Positions 38,101 to 52,500 of a stretch of 64,000 nucleotides of DNA are shown here, piece after piece (within the stretch, counting starts at the first letter, position 1; each line of letters begins with the position of its first letter). A program made the position numbers and the translations under genes. The notes beneath the pieces are model-generated. The model was not told the DNA's origin, searched no databases, and was given only the letters and a program-made list of their open reading frames with translations. The stretch is from Blasia pusilla (Eukaryota), in assembly GCA_050084515.1 (NCBI GenBank), contig CM114271.1, forward strand, positions 3,782,001-3,846,000. Reading direction: 5' to 3'.

Positions 38101-39860
38101 ATCTCTGCACATATGATAAAGTGAGGTAAGATGTCAACACTGCTTTAGATGTTGCTCAGAGCGCTATTATGTGCATTTCCTGTCATCTGTACATCTGCAT
38201 TTCTTATGAACGACCTCCAGCTTAACTTGGGCGGCCCCTACATTGGAAGATGATCATCGAACTAGGAGTGATGGAGACGATCATTGATTGAATACACGGG
38301 TCATCTTCATTGCGAATAGCCATTTGTCCCTGAGACAAGCTGGTAACGAATTCCACTTTCTACCATGAAAAGACACGGAAGATTACCTTGAAGACTACTC
38401 CAGGTGAGCGTAACACGTCTTGAATGGCTTTCACAATAAACTCCCCTTGGTTAATAGCAACACCTCCCTGGGCATTCCATTGCGCGAGACTCTGGTTGGA
38501 GGCTGATGCTGCAAGCTCGCAGCTCCAAAAGACTGCTCCAATTTATGGACACAGAACATTCAGCCAAAGCCAGAACATAAAACCAAATACATTCGAAAGT
38601 AGTGAAATGTACTGAATGCACCCTCTGGCCCCTATCCCACTGCTCTCTCGATCTTGTTTCATCCTTCTTTCTCTTGGCCTCTGCCTTCCTGACTGATTCC
38701 ATCCTACTCTCTTATTTCTCCAATTTCTGGGAAGTAATGGCGAAAGTCATGGCACACAACTGTCCTCTAATTATTTTCTCGTTCCTTCAATCTCTCAGAC
38801 TGAGCCTGAGCACTCGACGAAGTAAGGCTCCACTTTGTAAATCTGAACATTATTTTGATTCTCTGTGCATAGACTGACGAACATCACATGAAAGAATACA
38901 CACGGGAAACGGGACTTACAGTTGGAACTCTCGAAAAGAACCGGGTAACAAGGGCCCTGGAGATTGAGAGAGAAGTTCTTCTGAGCTGGGGTCAGAAGGT
39001 CGAAGTAGTCATAGTTTCTGTCACCCCACTGACTCTTGGTCAAGTCTATGGGGCCCTCAGGGTAGTCACACACCCATGCCAGAGTACCGTTCACAGCAGG
39101 TTTTGGGCACGATTTTAAGCAGATGCTGCGAGCATCCACAATCTTGAATGGATTATCCAGAACACCACTGTCGTATACCTGATTTGGATTCATCCAATAT
39201 TTTACGTCATACTTCCCTTCGCACAGCTGACCCTTGTAGTCGATTGCATTCAGTAGCCTGCGTCCACACAAACAACCCTTCTGCGCAATCGTCAAGCAAT
39301 CTAGCTATGGCTGACTCCGGCGAACGAGAGCATCGTTTTAGGAGGCAGTACAGGGGAACATACTCCACCATTCTGTCTGGTCTTTGTGGGCTTAGCTACC
39401 AGCGCGCCTCAGTGCTACCCAGTACCTGATACTTCGATTCCTTTCACTGGGCTCACATAAGCTGTTCCCCAAATCCTCACAGGCCACTAATAACTCTAGC
39501 AAGCGCATGTCGTATCTCTATCCTTGAGAATCTCACAAATGTGCTGTTGCAGCTATAGGATCGAAGAAGACAAATAATTGAGACTTGTGCCATCATCCAC
39601 AAAACTACCAGACAGAAACCGTTAACTCACCGTTTGGGATTGCCTTTGTTAAGCCCGAAGCTGGAGTTGACAATCATTCCTATCCAGAAAAGCCCAAACA
39701 GAATCATGAATGGAACGTCCCGACAACGTCTTGAGGATTTGATCCGCGGCTTTTCTATAGACATCCTCTCGAAGGGTACTTGTGGACCTCGAGTACCCAT
39801 CTCCACTCCGCCTCCCACAATGGCGCCCTTGGGACCTTCGGGACCCGAATGCCTGCCCAT
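35166..39860 (-). CDS. CTL1: Choline transporter-like protein (CTL1/SLC44 family), about 10 coding exons
   Basis: RRCRDVPFMILF...GMIVNSSFGLNKGNPKR, ICLKSCP, WVCDYPEG, GPCYPVLF, RYVADLGNAWPVLVVCGG, RYSLGSMAVGS, WTIKFINRNAYI, IAIKGKGFFGAA, VVEMAIDTILLSFCIDCEENDGTARYAPPLL; GT-AG boundaries. Confidence 0.95.
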
Positions 39861-41279
39861 TTCTCACCGATTGTCTTCGTCCTCACACCCGACGAGTCGC
39901 TGAAAAAATCCGATATTTGTAGTGAGTGAGTGACCTCAATGCACCTCAATCCGATGGATCTCGAGGTCAAGAAAGACCCAGATTATGAGAGCAAGAGCAC
40001 AGCAGAATTGGCCAAAGGAGGGAGTGAATTTCGATGGCTTGAAGAACGAACCCTCAGACGGTGATTCAGGACTCCAGGCTCCAGAGGTATCTGTTTTGAA
40101 ACCACCTACAGCTAGCTCTCGGCTCTAAACCCCGAAGAAGGGCTCTCTGCTCCCGATTGAACCCAAAAGCAGTCCCAATTCTCTACCACTTTCGTCTATC
40201 TCCACCGCCACCCATCCGCTCTTCCGAGAACAGCTTCAGCTCTCGAACAGACAGAAGTACCACTTCCACCTCTGGAATTACAGAGATCTCATCAGATTAT
40301 TCGAGAGGAACACGCTAGCGCAGCAGACAAGCTCTCCATTCTCGTCCAGTGATAAATGCCAGTGCCAAAACTGCACAAACTACAACGATCGCCCCATCAC
40401 CAACACAGACCCTAAACGAATTCACAGCCTCGAGAAAGATTTCCACACCCAATTGCCCAAAGCACATGAACTACAATGACAGCAGACATAAACAAAAACA
40501 ATCCTTAACACAGATCCGCCGACTACTTCACAATCTCCTGAGAGAGTTCAAGACTCAATCATTCCAATTAACTAAATCCCATCGCACATGAACTACAACG
40601 ATCGATCTACTACAAACACAGCCCTGTAATCCAATCCACAACCTCATGGCAGATCGCTCGCAGCTTCAGTTCCAAGTAAAAATCCTCCTTCACAGCTCAG
40701 AAAATCCCAACTCGCAAACCTCCAAGCACCACTTCCCAAAGCTACTTACTCCCTACGAACACCCACCCACCCCTGACCCAACAACAACCCAGCACACACA
40801 AAAATCTTCCACTCATCTCGCTAGCACATCCAAGAACGAAATCGTCACAATCAACTCTTCTAGATCTCCCAAGGAAACTCTCCGACTTCCGAAATCGCCA
40901 GAGAAGCACCCCAAATGAAAAAAAAAAGCATTCACAGAATTCCCAGACACGAATTTTCAGAAGAACGATCAACAACTCGTCTCTCCGATTCACTAACCGC
41001 CAAATTCCAGGAATCCTGAAGGTGCTGCTAAAATGGGAATCCTACAGACGTTCACAACACCTCTCTGGCGCAAATTTATGTACACTGTCAGGCGGAGAAG
41101 GACTTGAACTCAGAAGTTCACGGCATTGTTGGAATGGGAAGAAAAGCATCTCGCACCGACAGAAAGCTCAGGACTCGGGAATGGAATTCGTCGTTCGGAA
41201 GGGAGCACACCATTCTCCGTGGGACGGATTCTCCGCGAAGCTGCTGTTGAACGCGCCGACGGGATTCCGTCCGGTCAGG

Positions 41280-41600
41280 AGGAGGAGGAGAAGAAGAAGA
41301 GTATTACTCAGTCAACGACTCCCACGACAGGAACGGAAGGGAACGGGAATTGGAACAAGAACGGGAATGGAACGGGAACGGGATAGATCTCTCATAATCC
41401 ACGGAGAGTGCCTTAATCGACGGAACCAGAGGAGGAGGCGCTGAAGAGTCGGGAGGAGAAGAGCATTACTCAGTCAACCGCTACCACGAAAGGGGACGGG
41501 AGGAAACGGGAACATGAACGGAAACTGTAATGGGAACGGGAACGGGAACGGGATCGATATCTCATAATCCAAAGAGTGCGCCTTAATTAACGGAATAAAC
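41280..41600. repeat. About 162-bp tandem duplication containing (GGGAAC)n-like runs, upstream of the CTL gene
   Basis: gaagag(t/c)attactcagtcaac...ggaacgggaacgggat.gat.tctcataatcca..gagtg.cttaat..acggaa at about 41296 and 41458. Confidence 0.8.
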
Positions 41601-42899
41601 ACGAATGACTGCCTCGACGGCAGGAAGGTGCCGATGAGCGGCTGACAAGGGGCCATTAATATCAGCTTCTGCGTTAATATGAGCTTAGTGATGTCCTGCT
41701 ACTAAGTACTTCGGTAATAAGGGGAGGGAGTGGAGGATTATGTGATGACTCGTTCAGTCACCGTTAAGTGGGGCGTTTTCCACGTTTTTTTTAATTAACT
41801 CTGAGTCGATTCCAAACTGATATTACTTTTATAATTAGATCCTGCCTTGTGTATAGTCTACGGGAAACATTAAATTTATTTGTTTTCACTCTTATGTATA
41901 TTATTACGATAATCCTACGTGCATAATAAGACAAAGTATTGTCAAAATAAAACAAAATAACAACATTATATTATTTTGATGAAAATTTATTTGAGAGGGA
42001 ATATATAGTCCATGGGGAAGGTATAATACAAGTGTTAATAATAATAATAAATAATAATTAACAAAGAGTGAAATGAAGAATTTATATCCATAGTGATAAT
42101 AAAGAGTGGGTTGCCTTAAAAGAAATTTGCATTGCACAGGGCAACATATTAGCGTTGAATAATAGCACAGGGCAACATATTAGCGTTGAAAAATGTGTCC
42201 ACATACTTCAAATTCCAAATTTTTTTAATAATTTAAATTTAGAACCTCCTTAATTTCCCTCATCCCTACTGCAATTTGTTTGGTAGTCTGCAACGTGTCA
42301 ATAGATTTATGTCCACATTAAGTGGGATAAAAAATAATATTTAAATGGGAATCTTACATGACACGATTCCTAAGGGCCGCTAGTAATATTTTGCAATATC
42401 TATGGAAATGAAGATATTCCACAAATGGAGAATATAACCAAGAATATATTGAAATGATGCATTAGTAGTTTTTCTCTAGTGCGATACATGGGGTGACTCG
42501 GGTTGGGATGAAAAAATTCACATATGGAAGATGATAATATGAAATTAGAGAACATACAACGAATAAAATTTAATTTCAAAAAAGATTTATACAAATTGAT
42601 TTTTTTTAGAATACATATAACTTGGCTTAAGAAAATTGTTCATAGATTTTCTTTTATTGATTTTGAAGAAATAAATTTTTGCTTTTCCAAATTCCATTCC
42701 CCGTCTTTCAATATCTAAAATGATAAATTACGTACTGCTTCTAAAATATGTCATTTAATATATATTTTTGAAGTAGTACGTAATTTCCCTTCCAAAATAA
42801 ACTTGAAATTAAAATTTTGAGTTTTGTTTCTAAATTTTTAAATAAAACTTTAAGTTTATAAAATTAAAAAATAAACTGAAAATTAAAAATATGTAATTT

Positions 42900-45400
42900 T
42901 TTTCTGGGACTATTTTTTTATTTAAACTTATATTAAAAAAATTTATTATTTAAAAACCTCTTTTCTATCCAAATATTAGCTTAGTATAGGGAAAATTAAA
43001 CAATAATTGGGTCTCTGACATGCTTCACACGTGTCTTTCAGGGGGGAGCCTTCAAGCCAGGGCTAATAGTATGATGTTGAAATTATAAAGTTGACAAACA
43101 AAAGGTAAAGATAAGTTTTTGTTTAAATCTACAAATCATCATGAGACTCTAATTTTGATTTTTAAGAAATTCTTATTAATTTGGAAAGAAATCAGCTATC
43201 CTTATTTTTCCAACCCTCATCCTCAAATAGTAAGAAAAAAAATCACTCATTTTGATCCAAAGTTTGTCCCAAATATTCTTCACAAATCCCTCATAATTAA
43301 AGTTTGAAAATAAAAAAGAAATTAAATTTATTTTCATCTTTTTGACAAATAAGAAATTATCAGCTATTCTACTATTATTTTTATTTTTTCTAAAGTAATA
43401 TGTAATCTCCCTTCCAAAATTCTCTTTAAATACAATTTTTAGTTTTTTATGAAATATTGAAAAAACAAAATTAATTTTTAAAAAATGAAAAAATAAATTT
43501 ATCATAAAGAAGATTCACACTATTTTCATGAAGATTCTATTGTCTCTTAAAATTTATTAAAAAAAATTTGATATAATTATTAAAACCTCTTTTCTATGCA
43601 AGTTTTGGCTTAATCTAGGCAAAATTAGACAAAAATTGAAAAGCTTCACATATGGCCTTCATTGGGCTAGCTTAACGCCCTTAATAGTATGATTACTACT
43701 TAGCATGCCAACTACGAAAATTATTTTTCTAATTATTTATATTAAAAAATTTAAAATCTATTTTTTATTTCTTTTAAATCTTAGAGTAATAAATTTTCAT
43801 TTTTAAATAATACTAAACTCTCTTAAATAATTTCACTATTCAATAAAAGTTTGAATAATACTTATTCTTCCCCTTGCACACATCCCACCAAAAGAACGTC
43901 CACTAATTAAATTGTAAGTGAATATTAATTAATGAACTTATTTCCTTTTTTCTTCCAAATTTATTTTCTTTACTTAAAATATAGACCGCGAATTTAAAAT
44001 GTTTTTTTAATTCATCATATATTTTCATCTCAAAATTTAAATGTGAATTTTTTTTTTAAACTTAGAAGAGTAATAACATTCCACTCTTCAAGTGATTCCA
44101 CTCAATTAAAATTTCAATAATATCCCACTCTCCTAAATAATTCCACATTTCAATAAACTTTTAAAAATATCGAATCCTTCTTCATTAAAATTCATTTCCC
44201 TTTCCCATCAAATATGAATAAAGGGCTCATTAAATTTCTTGTTTTTTTAATTTTTTTTAATTTTTTACTATATATACTTTAAATTACCAAATATAATATA
44301 AGTAAGTTAATTAATAAATTATTTTTCTCTTGCACTCAAATTCATTTTCTCTATCCATCTAATATGATTCAAGGAACAGAATTAAAATATGTTTTTCTAT
44401 TTGTCTTATTCTACATTTGGAGTCGTCCATTATATAAAATATATATGAAATGCATAGTTGGAAAAAGAATTCAATATATGGAAGTTTTTCTTGTTTGGAT
44501 GCATATCATTGGGTTTTAATAGCACAGACTAGTTAGCATGTTGGCTTGCCCACACAAATAAAAAAAATGTACAATTTATAAATATTTTTCATTTCATTTT
44601 TTCATTTTTTTAAAAATTAAATTTATAATAAAATTTCAACTTTTAAAATATTCTACTCTTAAATTATATTGAAATAACACCCAACTTCCCTTAATATTTT
44701 CACCCGCCTCCCCCATAAAAGTTGAAAAAGTATCTACCCTTCCCACCAAAATAACATCCACTAGTTGAATCGTTAGTTAATTTTAATTCATAAAATTATT
44801 TCCCTTTTCCAATCAAAGTCATTTTCCTTTCTCAAAATGTCAAATTTTAGTTAAAATGATTTTAATTTTTTTAACCATATTTTTATTTCAAATATAATCT
44901 CTAGTGTCTCAAATCTTAAAAGAGTAAAAGCATTATAGTCTTCCAAGTGATTACATTCCTAAATTAAAATTTATATAATATCCCATCTTCCTAAATAATT
45001 CCGCCTTTCCATAAAGTTTGAACAATATCTACTACTCTTCCATTAAAATTCATTTTCCCTTCCCATCAAATATGAATAAAGAGACAAATTATTTATATTT
45101 TTCATAATTATTCCACTATATTGTCTTATTATACACCTAGTATCATCCATTATGATATAAAATTAGTTGAATAATTGATTTAAAATTTAGTTAATTGAAA
45201 CATTTTTCCATTCAAATTCAATTTTCTCTTCCTATCTAATGTGAATTAAAGGAAAAATTTCAATAAAAAAAAATTGTCTTATTGTCCCACTATTTTATCC
45301 TATTGTACATATAAACTCACCCATTATACTTTAGATTTCTCTTGTAAAACGTTTTTTTTTACAACAATTTTTTTTGGGAAGTATCAACCAAATATCTTGT
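42900..45400. repeat. Very AT-rich region built of diverged direct repeats (probable non-coding TE interior)
   Basis: About 42945-43073 resembles 43576-43693, and about 43870-44225 resembles 44740-45080 (e.g. tcccatcaaatatgaataaag twice). Confidence 0.55.
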
Positions 45401-47506
45401 ACATTCGTATCAATATGTTGGAGCATTTTATTGGGCTAGAGGAGCCTTCGCAAGCCCTTATGAGAGGGCATACTATTTTCATCTCGATTCAACTAGAGTG
45501 GCGGCACAATCAAGGCAAATTTTGTGAATTAAAGTTGAAAAAAAATTGGATTTGGGATTCATAAGTATAAGGTGTGAACTCTAAAAAACTAAAGTCCTTT
45601 AAGATTCCTCTCTATATGCATTGTATTGTAACAAAATATGAGAATATTGTAGATATGAGAAAATTACATCGTACTACACTTACATAAAGGTTCGAGTAAT
45701 CTAGTGACATATGGAATAATACTTAATTATGGGTAGGTGGAGAAAGAACATATTGCAAAAGTAGAAAATGGATTTTAAAACACTTCAAGACAAATTAAGG
45801 AATTCAAGGGAATCACATATAGAATGGACATTTGAGAGAAACTGCTAAACCTACAAAAAACTTTGAATACAAGCCATTCCATATCACAAATTTGTAGGTA
45901 AGATAACATGAATACGATGGAAGGAAAGAACGAAGGTAAGATAAAAATTTTAAAAATGCAAAGAGGGAACAACGAGATAGACTTTTGGCTTTGGATGACA
46001 CATACAATAGTGAGTGTGGAGTTCTAGTATTAGAATTCAGAGATACATTACATAAGGGAAGAAAGATAATGTGGGTACACTTAGGAAAGGTTTCAGAAAT
46101 GGGAATTAAAATACATAGAGTCTAGAAGTATGATACAAAGACCAAAACTCTTTAGCTTAGTTTTAGCTGCCCTTGTTGACATTTTCTTCAACCTAAACAA
46201 GGCGCATAGGAAATAAGGATTTTAATATAGAGAATCTACTTCAATACACAGGGAAGTAACCTTTCTGAATTAAATATAGATTTTCCCTTCAATATAGAAA
46301 AAGTAAAGATAACATCAACATCATTTAGGTTTGAAATTAAACCCTAGGTACTAAAAATGGTAAGCAATTATGGTTGGTATTGCACAAATATTGGTCCAAG
46401 ATCTTGTTAACGTTTTGCTAACCCACTACCTGCCCATTGCACAAAAGATGCATGTAGGGCCTCATCCTTACACATACCATAAAATCTGAGGATTGATTTG
46501 GGGCCCTAAAGAGAGAGGGGATCCCTCCATTTTGTTCATCCCCTCTCAATAGAATGGAGAGACACTCCATCTTCGCGCTACCCTTGTATGAACCCCTTCA
46601 TCCCTCTTCCAACAATATATCTTCCATCCCATTTTTTCAATACGTATGAATAAAGTTAGATTACTAGTCCACAAAAATACTATAAGACAATGGGAACCCT
46701 TTCCACAAGTGTAATATGACAACCTATTCGAGAGGCATCTTCACATCGACATTTCAAACATTTGTTTCTTGGATTTTCGATGGAGGAATTTATTTTTGGT
46801 AAAGGCATCCATTTTATCGAATTCTTGACTTAGAAGTATAGTCATGTCACACGTACATAAAAGGAACACAAGGGGTTCTCTCCCTCTTAAGCATAAGTCA
46901 CCTAGCTTCTTCTATTGAAAAATCAAACCTAACTTTCCTTCCCATTCATTGAAAATTAAAGACTATGAAAAAATTCCTTATAATACCCTCTCTTGTTGGA
47001 AAAACAAGCATGAAGCCGGTGCTTGTTGGGTAGCTTGGGTGGGATGGGTAGTGTTCACAAGTGCTTTTTTTTGTCGGGTTGCCTAACATACAATGTCATA
47101 CATGTTTAAATTGAGCAATACCAAAGAAGTCACTTCCATAAATATTTGGAAAAAATTAAGTTCTTTTTTAAGGGAGCGGATGTCTTGTTCCAATGCTTAT
47201 CCCATATGGAAATTGGATGACTATGTTGAAATATGGCATTTCCTATGCATGTCATGCTTTGCGAATCTAGAATCCTTATGCTCTAGAAGTACCAATGATT
47301 GTTTGAAAACCTGCATACCATTTACTTATAATTGCTAATATTTAGTATATTTGTACACTTTAAATCATTGTAATTATGAAATCTTACTCAACAAATGACA
47401 TGAAATAGGCCAATTCTTCTCTCTTATATGACAACATACAAACCATGCCCCTAAGTTTAGAGAGTACGAGGATTGTCTATTTTCGGTTGAATCTGATAGT
47501 GCAATG

Positions 47507-47615
<109 letters not shown>

Positions 47616-48729
47616 AGCTTCGCCACATCTCTCCGAGGCTTCAACGTCCTAAACTCTACTTTGTATCTCCTCTAATCCTAAGATGTCGGCCAAAAGTAAA
47701 ATTTTGTATGGTTACTAGAGGGTGTCTAATCTTGTAGAAAAAAAATTCCATGCAATATAGAATCCACTCTAATCCATATTATTGTGGGAGATTGCCTCTT
47801 GATTTTCAAATACCTCTCTTTACGATTGTGCCATTTTCAACCAATCCAATTCTGACATATATACTTAGGCAACTTGGGATCTATTTTAGAGGTTAGTTAA
47901 GTTATGAAATAAATATCAGACTTGGATGGATCTCGTAGTCAATTCATGGATAATGATGGATAAATTAAATTATCCATCATAAACACTGGGTACCAGATTT
48001 AAGTGGTACATTTCTTGAATGGACTTTCTTTTCTAAAACTAACTTATTTTTTTAGCAATAGAACCATGAAAGAATCCCCAACTCCTTCCATAAGCATATC
48101 AATATAAATTATCTATACTACTATTTGAAGAACGTTCCTCAAATGGCAACAACTTAAATCTTCACCACATGTCTTTTTAAAGACAGGAATGTATGATGTG
48201 TGACATGTATGTCTATCATATAAAATAGGTCGAATAAATTAGATGGGGCGTTTAGAATTGGAGGGACGGTTGTCGTGTCGAGAGCCTTTCTTCGAGTAAG
48301 GGCAAGCCTTCTAGCTACGCACACTTGATCGATGCAAGATGAATTCTCTAAGAATATCTCCTTTTTCAATATAAAATTATTATGTATACTCTCCATTCTC
48401 TCACGACAGATATCACAAATGGAAGTGCCGAGGCGATCACTTTTTCGTAACATCGAACCCCGAAATTCCTAACTATAAAATCCCTATAAATTATTTTACG
48501 CTTGTATACGAGGAAGATATCACAACTAGTATTAAACCCTACTTGAGCAGGCCTATTGACGTCCATGGATTGCTATATAAGGACATACAAAGTACAATCC
48601 CATGTCCTTCCATATGTGACGATAGGAAGGATCACCGGAGTTGGAGATTGAATGATCTGGTTCATGAACGCCTCCGCAAAGTGATAAACTAAATAGCGAG
48701 TGAACCAGTGCCTATCTACAAAAAGTATC

Positions 48730-49520
48730 TTGACATGGTATGGATTAAGGAAAGGAAAGTCGGGCACAACTCGTGCTCCACCCGTATCCCTGCTTGACAG
48801 ACATTCTCTACTCTCCTCAAGAATGGGTTTTGGCGTTGTTATTCTCCCAAGAGGGGTAATCCACTCTCATTGGGGAAGTAACAAGCCAAAACATTCACTG
48901 TTTTAGTATGACTAAACTCCTCTAAGGTGACAAACCTCTCATCTCGATACACACACCACACTCTAGAAACCTCTCGAAGAATAGATAATGGTCAAGTTAC
49001 TCTCCCAAGAGGGATGATCCACTCTCATTGTAAGAGCAAGCAATCCCAAAGTCATACACTCAAGAGTGACACGAAAGACTCAAGATGTGGAATAGAAGGT
49101 GATGAACCCTTGAAGGTCCCTCCTCCTTATATACTCACAAGAGACCCACAAGAGTACGAAATAGAGCTAATCTTATCTTGTACCACATGGCTTCCTCTCA
49201 AGGCTTAGCCAATCACATTTTGACACAAGTAGATTTCCTCTTATCTCTTCCAGAATATCCTCTTTTACCCACTTGATATTTTCCAAATAACCCCAACTAA
49301 CCTAGCCACCAACCAAGCCTACTTTTGGTTCTCATTAAAACACCAACCTCACTACTTTACTTTTATAAAGTCATCTTTTATTTATTACCTCTTTTCTAAA
49401 GTTGGGCCCGCATAAAAGAGGCACCATAAAGAGGTTTAAACATGAGGATTTCCTTTTCCTAAGCTAATTTACTTAATACTAATAAAACTCTATCTAAAAC
49501 TTAACGAGGAAGGAGTTTAC
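48730..49520 (-). mobile_element. Possible solo LTR of an unrelated LTR element
   Basis: TG...CA-like ends, an internal duplication (ctcccaagaggg.t.atccactctcattg at about 48844 and 49000) and a TATA-like motif on the minus strand at about 49127. No target-site duplication identified. Confidence 0.3.
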
Positions 49521-52500
49521 ACACTGGTTGATTTTACTATACAACACCGTGTACCATAGGGTCTCTCACAGGTCCTAACAAGTATCTTCTATACTATCAT
49601 AGGATATGGCGCTCTCCTAGTGCAAGCAGATGCGTTGTTGACAAATGGTATTTTAGGCGAATGAGGAAATGGAATGAGGCTCTCTTTTTGTCTCTCACAT
49701 GTGGATGTTTTAGGGTTTTCATAAATCCATTGCAATATTTTCCAACAATTCTTTTAGGGTTTCCAATGGTTGCTTTTCAATGTTTTCAAATTCAATCCTG
49801 GTGACAATTATAATCTGATCGTAAAGGAATATCGGTTGATCAAGTGGCTCTATCATTTCTCTAAGAGTTTTCAGCAAAGATAGGCCGCCCTTAGGATTTA
49901 GGAGCTTGGTGGACGGCATATTTATTGCTTGCACCAAAAATAGTAACTCCATTGTGTGCACTTTAACCCCTTACTCAGATGAGGTCAGATCTTACACACA
50001 TTCATTTAAAATTTTCTCACATGCATTCATTTACAATTTACAAGCCATAGAGGCTTCAGCTTTTGAGATTTATTGATGTGCATAGTGAGTTACAAGTGCA
50101 TATGAATATTTAACGTAGGTTGTATAAGAGGTCTTAGAGCTCTAATGTATCCTTTGTACATACATGATACTATTGTACTATTCATGTAGCTCTACTAAAT
50201 TTATGAGTAGCTCTGCTTCCTGCATACTAGGTTCTCGACAAGTTTCAATAGATTTTTTCTTCGGATTCAGCTCCTGCAATCTCCCTGCTATTCAACAACT
50301 CCAGTCTCCAAGAATTCAAGATTTGAAGTGCTCCTCCATGTTCAACTTTAGCTTCAACTCCAGTACCCTACAACCCATAAATCATTCTCAATAAAGGTGT
50401 AGAACAGAATGAAGCCTCGAACGAAGCAGGATGGCAACAAGAATCACAGCAAAGAAAACACACAAGGGAAAGGAAAGAGTATACAAGGTCCCATCGTCAA
50501 AAAAGCACTATGGTGTAAAGTTGGCTAATCTCCAACCATCAGAGAGTTCCAAGTGGTCTTCCATTTCTAAAGACGATTGTATGCGTTTGAGTGAGTGGAA
50601 GAAGTAGCACTTCCGCAATAGTCCTCCTTGGGAAGAGAGACTCACATCCGAGCACGCTCCAGGCTTTGAGGATGTGATAAAAGATTCCCTCCCCGCTAGA
50701 GAACACCATGCGTTATCAAACAAGGGGTTTATTCTAAATCCGGTTGAAGGCTTGAGAAAAGACGTCCTATTAGAGATCCAAGGATCCCCGCTTATATCAC
50801 AGTAGGAGGCCAAACAACGACAAAAGATACACGATCGAGGAAGAATCTGCAAAGAAACGTCAGAAAAACACCACACTCCAACATGCAAGAGCGTTGCTCA
50901 CCATCTCATAGGAGATGCCCATTCGACCTTGATGTGCCTACTACATCCACCCCAGATCTAGGGGCAACAAAGAAGTTGCCTCATAAAGAGCAAAAGGGGA
51001 AAGGTGTGGGAGTGAATATCCAAATTGTGCTCTGACCTTGGTAGCTAGGAAGACAAAATTTTCAAAATTAGGAATATCATAGCGAGCTAATAGACATGTA
51101 AAGCTTACTTGGAAAAGTAAAGCTACTTGGGGATGAAAAGTTGTGATGACATGTGTGTATGTTAACACTCGCCTCGCCTTGTCTTAAAGTACTAAGCTAG
51201 AGTACTTTAGACTATGCACTCTGGCAAACATAATCTACTTGCACCCGCAAATGCAACCCGAACACCACCCAAAGCCCAATCTTACTTAGCGCTCTAGCCA
51301 AGATAGTGGCACTTGGCGCGATGTTCTCCAAACATTGCGCCCTCCTCGCCATGGGCTGCAAAGCAAACTATGCCATCAACAAGACATTCCCTTAAGCCAC
51401 GGCTATGGCGCCCCAACCAGTGAGGCAACTCAATCTCTTGCATTGCAAACTGTATGAACCCTTCAAACCATGCCCTAAACGCAATGTAGAAGTAGACAAG
51501 ATAGCAAGCGCAGAGGGGAATGGAGAGCAAAGCGGAGGATGCGTTTTGCAGATAGCTAAAGGAGGGTTCAAAATTTTATAAAAGCGGAGCGGATGCTCTC
51601 AAACACTTCCTCAAACAAAGCATACGCACAAGGAGAGTTGAAGTGATAAGAGACGAGAGACGACTCCATCATGAGTTCTCTCAAGAGCACAAACAGGGAC
51701 TATGCTAGGGACTGTTTGGAAGGGAGAATGGCAACACAAGGGCCAAGTGCTGCTCTCGAGTGTGCGGAGCTACTCTTGAGTATGCGGAGCTTCTATCAAG
51801 TGCGGGGAGTGCATCTCCAACAAGTGCGTCATACCAGATAGCGTCCTTGAGTGATCGAGAGCGTCATGCCCGTGTTGCTACTCTCAAGTGAGCGTGCGGT
51901 CAGAGTTGGTACCTATTCGAACACGTCCTCTTGGTGGCAAGCGCATCTTGAGAGCCAATGGTAGAGGGGGAGAGAGAAGTGAGGACATGAGGATATGAGG
52001 TGTGAGGGGATTGGGATAGGGGGGAATGGTGCCTTAGCTAGGCCTATATATTGGATTCAAAATCTAGCAGCTAGCTTCGAAGAGTTTTAGCCGAGATCGT
52101 GGCTTAGTTTTAGCTAGATTTTGAATCCAATAGGCCTAGCTAAGGCGTCGTGATAGAGACCTAGATCTAACGATCTAGCTAGGCCTATTGGATTCAAAAT
52201 CTAATGGCCGCTGGATCTAGGTCGAACGAGGAGGAACGCCAAATCTGTGGAGGCAGCAGCGGCAACACTCTGGGTTGGGTGGGGCACTTAAGTTACGCCT
52301 AGATTTAGGCTACCATACCTAGGTATTTTATAATTTAAAAAAAATTCAAATCCCTTTTCTCTTTTTCCTCTTCCCATCTTTTTTTTCCTAATTTTTTTCT
52401 AAAATTTAATTGTTTTTTCCCTTGTTTTTTCCATTTAATTTTGACCATTATCTTTTAAGTTTTTAAACATTTTTTGTCCTTATTTTGAAAAAATTTTTGG

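Noticed and set aside
41022-41444. 140-aa Arg-rich ORF
   Set aside because: It is low-complexity, derives from the GGA/GGAAC repeats and the 162-bp duplication, and most likely lies in the CTL promoter or 5' UTR region.
42134-42190. Short direct duplication gcacagggcaacatattagcgttgaa as a Helitron 3' end
   Set aside because: The resemblance is weak; no clear hairpin plus CTRR terminus.
50397-51167. Possible solo LTR (TGTAG...TTAACA)
   Set aside because: No TSD, no second copy and no adjacent PBS or PPT visible, so it cannot be supported.
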